Shown here: positions 51,578 to 62,791 of the stretch, piece by piece
How the letters are laid out: each line of letters starts with the position of its first letter
How positions within the stretch are numbered: the first letter of the stretch is position 1
Source of the DNA: Phaeosaccion multiseriatum
Lineage: Eukaryota; Protista; Ochrophyta, other classes
Direction: 5' to 3'
DNA: 64,000 bases
Assembly (NCBI GenBank): GCA_965112735.1
Contig: OZ218960.1
Span: 1,922,001-1,986,000 of the forward strand
Translations under genes and position numbers: made by a program
Notes under the pieces: model-generated
Told to the model about the DNA's origin: nothing
Databases searched by the model: none
The model's input: the letters and a program-made list of their open reading frames with translations, nothing else

Positions 51578-53361
51578 TGGTCGTCAGACTCCTCCTCCTC
51601 CTCCTCTTCTTGACCGCCTGGTTTGTTGCGGAGGAAGCCGCCGTCCACTCTTGGTGCAGAGGATGATACCGACTGAATGGGCATTAATGGAGCAGCATCA
51701 GGGGATGATGCTGACTGAATGCATTTGGTAGCAGAACAGAGCAGCGCAGAGCAGCGCAGAGCATTCAAGTGAAGGGCCGTGCAGTGCAACAAGCAAGGCA
51801 GGGAAGGGCACTGCAGTGCATCAAGTAAGGCAGGGCAATAACCGACGAAGGGCACAACACCCGTGCGGGAGGAGCAGCTGTATAAGAACCGCGATGATGA
51901 CATTAGGACACATGATCTATGGCACGGTGGCTGCTTCCCGTCCACATGTGCTCCATGATGAGCGCATTGCTCTGCCCGGCGGCCCCTCTCGCTTTGGACG
52001 ACCCCCTCCATTGACATATGGATATAAAGTGGGCAAGTGTCAGTGGCTGTGAGCAGGAAGAAAACCCAAGGAGGGAGCACATCGTGTTGGGGTCAGGGTC
52101 GAAGTTAAGAAGTTTCAGAGAGGCCTCGCGCAGGGCACCCCACGTTACTATCCACCCGCCCCAGTGCTGAGCAACAAGAGCAGCGATTGGTGATACGGCA
52201 GCACGAGAAGGTAGCAGAGGGGGCTGCAGGCTGTCTCCGATCGGCATGTGCAGTACCTTCATTCAATAAGGTCATTCAATGCAGTCTTGGTGCCTTCGAA
52301 GCAAGACGCCGTGCGGGCTGCTTTGGCCCTTGGCACAGCAACAGATCATAGCAGCAAAACACAGCCATGGGGTTGGGTCGGTGGAAGAATTTCCTTGTGA
52401 ATTGTAACGTCTCGGACGCGTCGCGAGGCACTTGTTGCTGTATCACCAACTGCGACTGCTGTGGCAGCGGTGGCATCTTTGTGTGACGCAGGAAGTGGGG
52501 CGAGGGATATGCCTCGACGTGGGTGCGTGCATGCTTTGGTGTCTTCGTGTCTTCTGCTTTCCCAGGGGAGGAGAGCCGCGGCAGGAGCAGGACCAGGCGG
52601 AGGACACACAGCAGCAGCACTTGGTGTTACAGTAGCAGCGTAGGTTGATGATACATTAGGAGCAGTCGAGCAGGGGCGAGTCGGCCAGAGAGTAGGGAGC
52701 AGAAGGGCAGACAGGTTCCCCGAAAGAGAGAGAGATACAGACCGAGACAGAGAGCAGAGTGTGGGGGAGACAGCTCGAGAAAGCTCTTCTTTTCTCTAGA
52801 GCTTGTCCGTCCCCGGGGGGTATCCTCGACGCCGCGAGTAGGCAGCAGCGTCGAGGCTAGCGGGGTAGGCGCCTTCAGAGACAAAAGCACGCGCAATATT
52901 ACGTTATTTAATTGTGGGAGGGGAGCGATGCTCTACTACATGCTTTCCGACTGTACAGTTTCAGTTTTCCAAGTGGTCTTGTTTTTGTGGGCCAAATTTC
53001 AAATTGCCTGCCTGCCAGTAGCCAGCCCCACAGCAGCCCCACAGCCACCAGGGGTGGAAGAGGTGCCGGGTGTCAGAGTCACTACATGACAGTGTGGCAA
53101 GAGAGGAGAAGCGAGGCCGGTCGCAGCAGAAGACGATGCTTGTCGGACAGAGCAGAGCTGGCATTGTCTGGGGGCAGGTAGGCGCATCATCCACGCACGC
53201 CCTCACGCCAGACCCGCTCTGCTCCTACGCCGATCCCCATTCGCTACTCCTCCCATCCTCCGCGTTGAGTGATATATCGAGATCAAATGTTGAGCTCGAT
53301 TCGATACTGTGGTGACTTCAGTCGCCAGTGCTTTGTGGCGCCTCAGCGCTCCGTCCTTCGC

Positions 53362-53603
53362 TCAGCTTGCTCCGCTGCTCGCTGCTTTTCCTCCCTTCCC
53401 CTTCCCCTCCCCCTCCCCCTGCTGTCCACCCCCCTCGCCCCCCTCGTCCTCCGCCGCGCCCCCCTCCCCGTCCTTCGGTTTTACAAGCCCCATCCGTGCC
53501 ATCACTGACAGGGAGGAGGGAGCGTTACGGGGGTCGGAGGAGTCATGAGTGGTGGGCTTTGGGCTGGGAAGCGAAGCAGTACTATCCATGCACATGCATA
53601 CAG

Positions 53604-53638
<35 letters not shown>

Positions 53639-55102
53639 TGGTGATACACCACTCCACAAACTACCTATTCCCATCCATGAACCGACCACTCGCACATGCA
53701 CATGCACTGGCAATGTCCTCCCTGCCCAGCTCTGTTCAGCTTCAACTCCAGTTTCAGTTCACCGAGATCAATAACCTCGATCAAGAACCTCGAATAGCAT
53801 CGAACATATCGAATCGATACCCAACTCTCGTCGCTCTGCTCTCACTCTGCTCACTTCCTCACTCACTCACCATCCGTCAGCCCTGCCGCCGTGGATTGCC
53901 CCGACGAGCCGAAGATCTCCCCAACGATTAGCAGCGCCTCCGCTCTCCGCTTCCGAGTCGGCTTGTCCACTGCGCTGTCGTTGAGTATCTTGAAGCATGC
54001 TGACCGCAGCACAGCCTCAATCTCAAGCACGCTGAAGCGCCACATCATCTCCACCATCTGTGAGTGAGGGAGTGAGGCAGTTGGACATTTAGTAAGTGAA
54101 GGAGGAGGAGGGAGGGAGGGAGGGAGTGGGTGAGAAAAGGAGTGATTGAGTGGGTGAGTGAGCGAGTGGGTGAGGGAGGGAGGGAGGGAGTGAGTTGAGT
54201 GACTGGACGACTGGATGGTTGAGTGAATGAGAACGAGAGACAGAGAGCCAAACTGTGAAGTACAAGAGAATATCGGAGAATAGAGTAGAAAGTAGATTTG
54301 TCCATGTCCCTGTCCCTGTCCCTGTCCCTGTCTATCACTCACGTGCTCTGTGGCCTCTCTGACCTCCTCCTCCGTCATCTCTTCCTTCCCATCCTTTCCA
54401 TCCTTTCCATCCTTTCCATCCTCCCCCTCTCCTGCCGCCTTTGCCTCCTCGGCGCTCGAGCTCGATGATGCTTTCGGTGCCCCCCCCTGCGCCGTCCCAA
54501 ATGCCCCTGCTGCTGACCCTGACGCCCCGCCCGTTGGTGGTGCAGACGCCGTCGACGCTTGTGATGCGTCGCCCATCGGAGAAGAAGAGGGTGTGGCAGA
54601 AGAAGCAGCCCCTCCCGGCTCTGAGGCGGCGAGGTCTGTGGTTGAAGCACTCTTCTCCTTTCCCTCTTTGATCTGCCGCTTCTGCTGCTCCTTCATCATC
54701 TTCCGCTGCTGATTGAAGACAGCAAAACCGCTCTTGGCCACCTGGGCAAGAGATAAAGGACAAGAGTTGATAGAGGACAGAGAGGAGGCGGTGGTGGGTG
54801 GAGGGGTGGGTGCAGGTTAAGACAGACATACAGACAGACAGACAGACAGGCGGTAATCAGGCCGAAAGAGAGAAAGAAAGAGAGACAGAGACTGACACAC
54901 AGACAGACAGAGACAGACAGACAGAGACAGACAGACAGACAGACAGAAAAGAAAGAGACAGACAGATAGGGACGACGAGACAGACGGATGGAGAGAAAGA
55001 TAGACAGACCGACAAACAGACGGACAGAAAGACAGAAAGAAAGGCATACAGACAGACAGAGACAGACAGAAGACAGAGGTAAGACAGACAAACGACATAC
55101 AG

Positions 55103-55140
<38 letters not shown>

Positions 55141-55466
55141 GGACGGACCGACAAGACAAACATACAGACACACAGACAGGCTGACAGACAATACAGACAG
55201 AGAGAAATACACACACCCAAACACACACACGTACATAACACACACACATACACACACACCTTGTATCTGGTGACGAGAGCGTGCCCAGTCTGGCGGAAGC
55301 TCGAGCCCACCGCATCGAGGCCGCCAAGCTCGGACAGGGCCTGCTCGCGGTACACATAGCCGATGACCTTCGTTGGGGAGGGGGGGGGGGAGGCAAGTAG
55401 TCGGGTAGATAGAGAGGCAGGTGGAGAAGCAGATAGACAGACAGACAGACGGAAGACGGACAGACG

Positions 55467-55501
<35 letters not shown>

Positions 55502-58456
55502 GGCAAGGCAGGCAGACAGGACGCAGAACGAGGGAGCACAGGTCGGTGGAGTGGCGCATTGGAAGAGAAGATGGAAGAAAACATAAGAGCGGAACGAGCG
55601 AGAGAGCCCTCCCTCTCCCCCTCTCACCCCCACCTCCCGCCCCCTACCCCCTCCCATCCACTGCCATACCCTTACCTTGATTAGCGTGCCCCCAAAGGGC
55701 GTCCCTGCTAGGTCTTGGGCCTCCAGCAAAATCTTCTCTCGGAATTCCTTCACCACCGCCCCCCTCTCCCTCGTATCGTCCGCCGTGGCTCCTTCCACAT
55801 AAAACCTCAGCAACTCCTCCAAGTTAGCAGCACTGTGTACCTCCCTCTTCCACTGCTTCAAGGCCGCCTCTGCTGCCTCATCCTCACTCTTGTTGAGCTG
55901 GAACGGGTCTGTCTCCTCCTCTTTGTCCCCTCCTGCTGCTCCGCCCATTTTCTGCATATGGTCCACGAGGTTCATCTCTCCGATCAAGGGTTCGAACTTG
56001 TCTGAGCCGAAGAGCATGGTAAAGAAGGCCGCGCTGTCCATCATTGGGGCACCCTCCGTCGCCTGGTGGATGGGAAGGAAGAAAGGAAGAAAGGAAGGAA
56101 GGAAGCAAAGAAGGAAGGAGGGAGGGAAATAAGGAACGAAGGAAGAAGGAAGGAATGAAAGGAAGGAAGTAAGGAAGGAAAGGAAGGAAGGAATAGGAAG
56201 GAAGGAAGGAAGGAAGGAAGGAAGGAAGGGAGCAGCACGCACGCGGTGGAAAGGGCGCACCCAATCGTGTGTGTGTGAGTGGGGCGATGGGAAGAGAAGT
56301 GCACGGAGTGAATGAAAGGGGAGAGGGGAGACCGAGGAGGGGGAGGAGGAGGGTTTAATGAAGCAAAACTTACCTCGTCGCCGTGCTTGTCGTAGGCCTC
56401 CCTCAGGGCGGGATCGCTGAGCACCTGATACGCCGCCCCCAGCGCCTGGAACTTTGAATTTGCCTCCTCGTCACCAGGGTTCTTGTCGGGATGGCACTTG
56501 CGGGCCTCGGTGTAGTAAGCCTTCTTGATCTGCGCCCCGCTGGAGCCAGGGTCGACCTATTCATCGGGCAGGGCAAGTTGGGGATAGACAGGGGCGCAGA
56601 ATGAGACTTTCGCCCGAGTCTCCAACTGCGAAGAGAACCGGAGACGACACGCATCGTCGGCTTCTCCTCTCCTCCCTTCTCCCCCCCCTCTCCCTTCTCC
56701 TCCCCCTCCCTCCCTATACGTCTCTACATGCCCCCTCACCTGCAGGAGATTGTACAGTTTCATGTCTGCAACTTTCTTCGTTGGCTTACGCAGCCGCTCC
56801 GCCTTCTCTTGCTCCTCCCTTAGCCGGGCAGCCTCGGCAGCAGCGGCGTCGTCCCCCTCCCCCCCCTCACCCCCCGCCGATACGGAAGGGACCTTGCCGG
56901 TATTATTCTTGCCGTCTTTCTTTATGTACTTCTTGTACCCCTACACAGAGAGAGACACACACGAAGAGAGAGTGAGAGACAAAGAGAGAGAGAGGGACAG
57001 AGAGACATACACAGAGAGAGAGACATACACAGAGAGAGAGAGACACACACACACGCGCACACACAGATATAGAGACACAAACGTCTCTTACAGACTATAG
57101 AAGAGCCGCGTAAGGATGGCAGAAGTCAGGGTTTCGATTCGCTCCTACTGCTCTCCCGCAGATGCCTTGTGCCGCTCTCTCCGTGCCTGCCTCCTCTCAG
57201 AGCACCAGATCGCTCCTCCCCTCCTTTCTCCTCTCCTCCGCCCCCTCCCCTCTCCCTCCTCCGCCCCTCCCTCCCTCCCTCCCTCCCTCTTTCTCGCTCC
57301 TCTCCGCTCCTCCTCTTACCCGCCCCCCCTTTGCTTCCTCCCTGCGGCAGAGGGTCGTCTCTCCCCCCCCTCCCTCCTTCCTTCACCAGCGCCCTCTCTC
57401 CCTCCCTCTCCCCCTCCTTGCGACCCATGGTCTGTCCTCCTTCCTACACTTTCTCACCTCGACATCCATGCCCTCCAGCAGCAGCATCTCGTCCTTGAGA
57501 CTGTAAAAGACCCACTCCCTTCGCATCTCATCCCACACCTTGCCTGCGTTCTTCGCTTGCACCATCTCGGCTGAGTTGATGACACCTCTCGCGATTTGGG
57601 TCGTCCCTACGCAGACTCCATAGGCTGCCAGCCCCGCTCCTCCAATAATGCCCGCCACCAGCCCCGCGCCGAAGCCCTTGACACCGCCCTCCCTAGCACC
57701 GAGCACGGGGGCTGCCACGATTGTGGCTGCTCCAGTGGCGATGCCTTTCCCTGCCTCTTTTATACCACTGCCGAGGCCCTGGTGAATTGGGGAGGAGGGG
57801 CGGGGGGGGGGAGGGCGGGGGATGGAGGGGAGGACCGGAAGTGGGGAGCGGGGGACGGAGGGGGGAGGAGTGAGAGGAGTGGGAGACGAAAGGCTGCTGG
57901 AACGGCTGAAGGAGTCTAAGACTGCGCATTGGGGGCTCGTCAATGGACTTGTAAGGCGTCTTCCCCCCTCCCCCCGCCTCTCTACCCGCCAAACCTTTTG
58001 CATTCTTCACCACCACCAGGGCAGCTGGCTTACCTCGAAGAATCCCTTGGGCTGTAGACCACCACGGGAGACACCGAGAAAGACGAAGACGACGCGGGCA
58101 GAGGGACAGAGGGGAGGTGAGGGACGAAAGAAGAAGGACGAAAGAGGGATGAAAGAGGGACGAGAGCAGCGGGTGTTGGGGGGGGTAGGCGTCCTTTCGA
58201 GACGGACAGACATCATGCGGGACAAAACCACGCCCAGGTCCACGCCCAACGCAGATACCCTTGTCCATACCCACCCTACCTTGTTGTAATTGAAGAGTTT
58301 AAAGTTCTTCATCTCTTCAAACTCCCTCTCCGCCGACGTCTGTTCCGTCTTCCTCCTTTCTTCGCCGACGTCCAGCGCGGCCATTCCTGCCACCCCCTCC
58401 ATCTCCGCCGCCGGCTCCGCGACCGGGAGTCTTTGCTCCGGGGCAAAAGGGTCCAT
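53362..58456 (-). CDS. DnaJ/Hsp40 co-chaperone with C-terminal DnaJ-X domain
   Basis: Exons 58280-58456, 58034-58051, 57458-57778, 56740-56940, 56374-56556, 55676-56062, 55260-55367, 54343-54741, 53871-54057, 53362-53504. J-domain LYNLLQV...IKKAYY...CHPDKNP...[22 protein letters not shown]; [17 protein letters not shown]; IGYVY; [16 protein letters not shown]...KRRAEAL. Confidence 0.92.
54820..55520. repeat. (GACA)n degenerate microsatellites in two adjacent DnaJ introns
   Basis: Read directly; tracts at about 54820-55200 and 55430-55520 flank exon 55260-55367. Confidence 0.95.
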
Positions 58457-58592
58457 CTTTTCCCGATTGGTGCTCTCAGTGGAAAGGGGGGGGGGACGAT
58501 GCTCGACATGACCTGACCTGAAACTCAAACTGCTACCGAAGGAACTTGCCTTGGGCTCCCCTTAATCGCTCCAAGCCTCCCTCCAGAACGCT
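58457..58592. promoter_or_regulatory. Putative bidirectional promoter, DnaJ/DUF3752 (136 bp between start codons)
   Basis: Divergent ATGs at 58456 (-) and 58593 (+). Confidence 0.55.
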
Positions 58593-61500
58593 ATGTCCAA
58601 GCCTTCGGTAAGTGCTAGTATTGGGAGTATCCTCATCGCCATGTTCTAACGAAGAGACCTCAAACACGAGAAGAAGGCGGCCAAGCTGCTGGTGGAGGCG
58701 TTGGAGGAGCGCGGCAAGGATGGCGCCTTCGATATTGCCAAGATCGTGCGCACCTTTGGTAAGTGGGAGCCGCCAGCCTCATGACACCTTCACTGGCAAT
58801 GCCAAAACTCAGCCAAGCCCTGACCAGCATGCCAAAGATGTCCTTCTCTCATTCCCCAGCCCCCTCAAACCTTACCTCGTTGCTGCTTACATCAAGATGC
58901 CGGGCGTGGGATGAAGGTCCAAGGGAAGGCTATGCGCGCGTTGTTGGGAGCGTCGTTGGGAGTGGCGAAGATCTCCAGTCCCCCGAGGGACGACTCCTCG
59001 AGCAGCTCCGAAGCCGAGTCCTCCGACTCTTCCGCCTCTTCGGGTGATGACTCCGACACGATAGCAGCGAGGAGAGAGAGGAAGTTGAAGATCTATATGA
59101 AGTGTTGTAAGGGTATGAAGGGTAGGGCAGTAGACGCTGTCAATGCAGTGCTGTTGGAGGAGGCCCTCGTCCCACTACCACAGGCTTTGAAGGACAACAA
59201 GAAGAAGGCGAAGCAGGAAAGAGGGGGAAGGGAACGAGGCAGGAGGCGGAGAAGCGGTAGCGAAAGCAGCAGGAGTGGCAGCAGAAGCAGCAGCAGAAGC
59301 AGCAGCAGCTCTCATCGGGAGGGGAAGAACGGCACCACGGGGGGTGGACTCGTGGATGGCAGTGCATGTACGGTGGAGGTGAAGGAGGCTTTGCAGCTGC
59401 TGAAGGTCTTCGCCGCCAAGGAGGGGATGGAGAGCATCACAGAAGAAATGCCGGAGTTGCTCGAGCAGGTAGGTAGACTAGCGCGGACGAAGGGACGGAA
59501 GGCCATGCGCATATCCTTCTCACACTTAGTTTTGATTGAGCTTTTCGTTGCAGGGGCAGGGAGGGAGAAAGGCTGACAACACTACACGCAGACCTCCCCT
59601 CCGCCCATTCCTTTCTGGCGTTCAGCATCGGCGGATGTGGGTACGATGGGCTTCTCTGGAAGCACTTACCGACCCTGTTTCCCTCCTCCTCCTCCTCCTC
59701 CTCCTCCTCCTCCTCCTCCTCCTCCTCCTCCTCTTCCTCCTCTTCCTCTCCTCCTCCTCCTCCCTCTTTCCCACAGGTGCTGTCTGGGGGCTTGGTGGTG
59801 GTGGCAAGCCTGCCCGACCCGCAGCTCAGGACCTTCCTAGAGACCGTCTTCAAGACGCTGGGGCTGGAGGAGAGGGAGGAAGACGACGAGGAGGAGGCAC
59901 AGGATGGGGAGGGGCAGGGCAAGAGCGTGGGTTTCGGCTTGAGCGGCGAGGGCACCTGCAAGCTTGCCGTCGTGAAGGTAATTGATTGTAATAGGTTAAC
60001 ATGAGCTATGCCTGGGCTTGAAACTGAATCTTGAAACTGTTCCACTCCCGTCATCCTCTCTCTTCTGTCCTCCTCTGTTTTGTGCTGTTCCACTCTTTTC
60101 CTCCCCTTCCTTGTCGTGCTCCTGTCCCTTCACCAGTTCATGCAGGCTTGCGGCAGCATCAGCGGCGGCGGCGGCGGCACCAATGACTCGGGCGAGGACG
60201 ACATCGGTCCTCCCGTCAAGAGAGCCCCCCGGGGTCCCGCTATGCCATCCGCTGCCATGCTTCAGCACGCCGCAAAGCTTGCCGCCGCTCTGGAGGGAAA
60301 GGGAGGGGCGGGGGGCGATTTGGAGCACTCGACGGGTGGTGAAGGTGGAGGTGGCTACGCTGAGGAGGAGGAGGAGGAGGAGGAGGATGGGGATGACGTG
60401 GGGCCGATGGTCGAGGGGAAGGCTACGAGGAAGGGCATGGCGAGGTAAGAAGGAAGGAAGGAATCACAGATGGGCTTGGCATGGATGCGTATGCTACCTG
60501 CCTGCGGTGGCGCATCTTCCTCCTCCCCCTCCTCCCCCCCCTTGTCTCTCCTTTCACCACAGTGGAGGGACCCACACACACGCCCTTCTGATGTGCATCG
60601 AATGAAGTGTCTGTGTGTGTGCGTGTGTGCGTGTGCTTGCGTATGTGACCTCTGACCCCGTCGTCCTTTTCCCTTCACTTGGCTCTCAACACCACAGGCC
60701 AGCTCCTCGCCCCAAGAGCAAGGCCCCCCCGAACGGCCCCAACGGCAGCACTGTGGGGGAGCGCGAGGAGTGGATGATGGTCCCTCCCACCTCCCTCGGC
60801 ATCTTGGGGGTGGTCAAGAAGAACCCTGCCTCGCAGAAGAGCAGGGCCTTCCAGAGGTTAGTGAGTAGAGTATCAGTCAGTCTGTGTCTGTCTCAATCAG
60901 TGTATTAGTGAGTGTGTAGATGTCAGTATCAGTCCGTATCAGTGTCTCAGTTAGAGTTCAATCTTAGTGAGCCATCTTCTTCTCCTCCTCCTCCTCCTTC
61001 TCCTCCTCACCCTCCTCCTCCTCCTCCTCCTCCTCCTCCTCCTCCTCCTCCTCCTCAGCCGAAGCCAACGAGGGCTGCTGAACGACGACGACAAGCTCGC
61101 TGCAATGACAGCGCCAAAGTCTGCCGCCGACCGAAAGGCAGACCAAGAAGCTGAGGCCCTGCTGAAGGAGTACAGAGCCAAGCGGGGCCCCTCTCTGGTA
61201 GACCTGCATGCAGACAAGCGGGTGAGGTGGACAGGGGTGGTAGTGGGGCTGGGGTGGGGGAGCAGACGGCAGAGGGCAGAGGGCGGGCGAGGGGGAGGGA
61301 GGGAGGAAAGTAGAGAGGAGGATATCCTCCGGCTTGTCTCTCCCTCCCTGAAGGCTTCTATACCCTTAGATCCATCTCACTCTTACCTACCCTCTCCCTC
61401 TCGTGGCTCTCTACCCGCCTCGTGTGTGCACACCTCCCCCCATCCTCTGCTCTCCCTCCCACTCTCCCTCAGGCCGACAAGAAGCAGCGCACCGCGGGGC

Positions 61501-61909
61501 AGGGGGGTGGGGCGGTGCCCTTCACGTGGAAGAGGGATGAGGAGATGGTGGCAATGAGTCACAAGAAGTACACGCCGAAGATGTACGAGGACCTGCTCAT
61601 GGTGCGTGTTAGAGTTTTGTGTGTGTTTGAGTCTGTGTGTGTTCGGGGGTCTATGTGTGTGTGTGGTTGTGTGTGTGTGTTCGTGTGCGTGCGTGCGTGC
61701 GTGCTTGCGTGCGTGCGTGTGTGCGTGCGTGTGTGTTTGAGTGGGTGTGGGTGTGCGTGTACGTGTGTGTGCGTGCGTGTGTGTGTGCCATCTCCCTCTC
61801 CCCTCTCACCCCCGCCCCCCCCTGGCCCCCCTCCCTCACCCCCCCCCTGCAGGAGAGCAGACAGCTGGATACAAAATTCACCAAACAAGTGAGCAGAAAC
61901 TTTATGTGA
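58593..61909 (+). CDS. DUF3752 / GPALPP1-like protein
   Basis: Exons 58593-58607, about 58671-58758, 58897-59468, 59777-59977, 60137-60444, 60698-60856, 61059-61221, 61473-61601, 61853-61909. IGPP/GPAMP motifs, REEWMMVPP, YRAKRGPSLVDLH, PFTWKRDEEM, LDTKF. The first intron acceptor is uncertain. Confidence 0.8.
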
Positions 61910-62749
61910 GCTTGAGAGTGAGAGTGACCTTGACATGCGTAGGCCGGAGGGCGTGAGGGTAATCCGAGAGCCGCAGTGGGCCAACCGTGGCAGCTACGAA
62001 AGAGGGTGGGAAGCGATGGACGGATGAGACGGACGCTTAGAGAGGGAGAGACAGGGCGCCTCTCGTCTTCAGCGAACGTCGTGTCACGCCACAGAACACG
62101 CTCACGGCTTGCAGCCGTCTTTCGCTTTCTTCGACGAGTGCCGAATGTGACTCGTCAGTGCGACTCGTTGTTGCTACTCTTTGGTACCACTCGCTAGTAC
62201 TACTCGGTGGCCGAAGAAGTGGCATGGAGGAGGAATGCACGAACCTTCCTGGCACGAGTGGGGTGGCGGCAGTATTTGTCGGGCGCTTGGCGTGTTGGTG
62301 TGGTGGTATGCAGCTTGCGCGGCTGTTAAGGGGTAAGGAAGAGGGGCTCTTCGCTCGACCATACGTTCGAGCCTGCCAGTCAGTCGGTTAGTCAGGGACA
62401 AAGTTAGCGATTAGGTCGACCCCCCCCCCGAGTGGGTTCACTGGCCCTCGCTACGCGGGCACTGGCTTCACTTCACGCACACGGAAGCCTTGGTCGTTGT
62501 GTGGTGTACACACGAAGATAGAGATGGAGTCGGCAGACAGACTAGCAGACCAGCACAGCAAGCAGAGTACTGGACATTGCAGGAGAGCTAACAGAGCAGC
62601 AGAGCAGCCTGTGTCGTAAAAAACACGCCCTGTCGCGGTTTGTGTGACACGGTTGCCTGCCTGCTTGGATTGAGGGCCTCTTGGCCTGCTGCCGGGAGCG
62701 GAGACGCCCCTCTCGGGCTCGAGCAGAGCTTCCAGAGCTCCCGCCACCC

Positions 62750-62791
62750 TCCTGACGGACCCCTGACGGACCCCTGACGGACCCCTGACGG
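62750..62791. repeat. 11-bp tandem repeat (CCCTGACGGAC) x about 3.7, intergenic
   Basis: Read directly. Confidence 0.9.

Noticed and set aside
892-61909. A functional gene cluster or operon-like pathway
   Set aside because: The genes are unrelated housekeeping functions (splicing, ribosome biogenesis, trafficking, chromatin, metabolism). The presence of U2AF2 beside unusual introns is treated as coincidence.
62360-62375. tRNA T-loop-like GTTCGA
   Set aside because: No cloverleaf stems or D-loop can be built around it.
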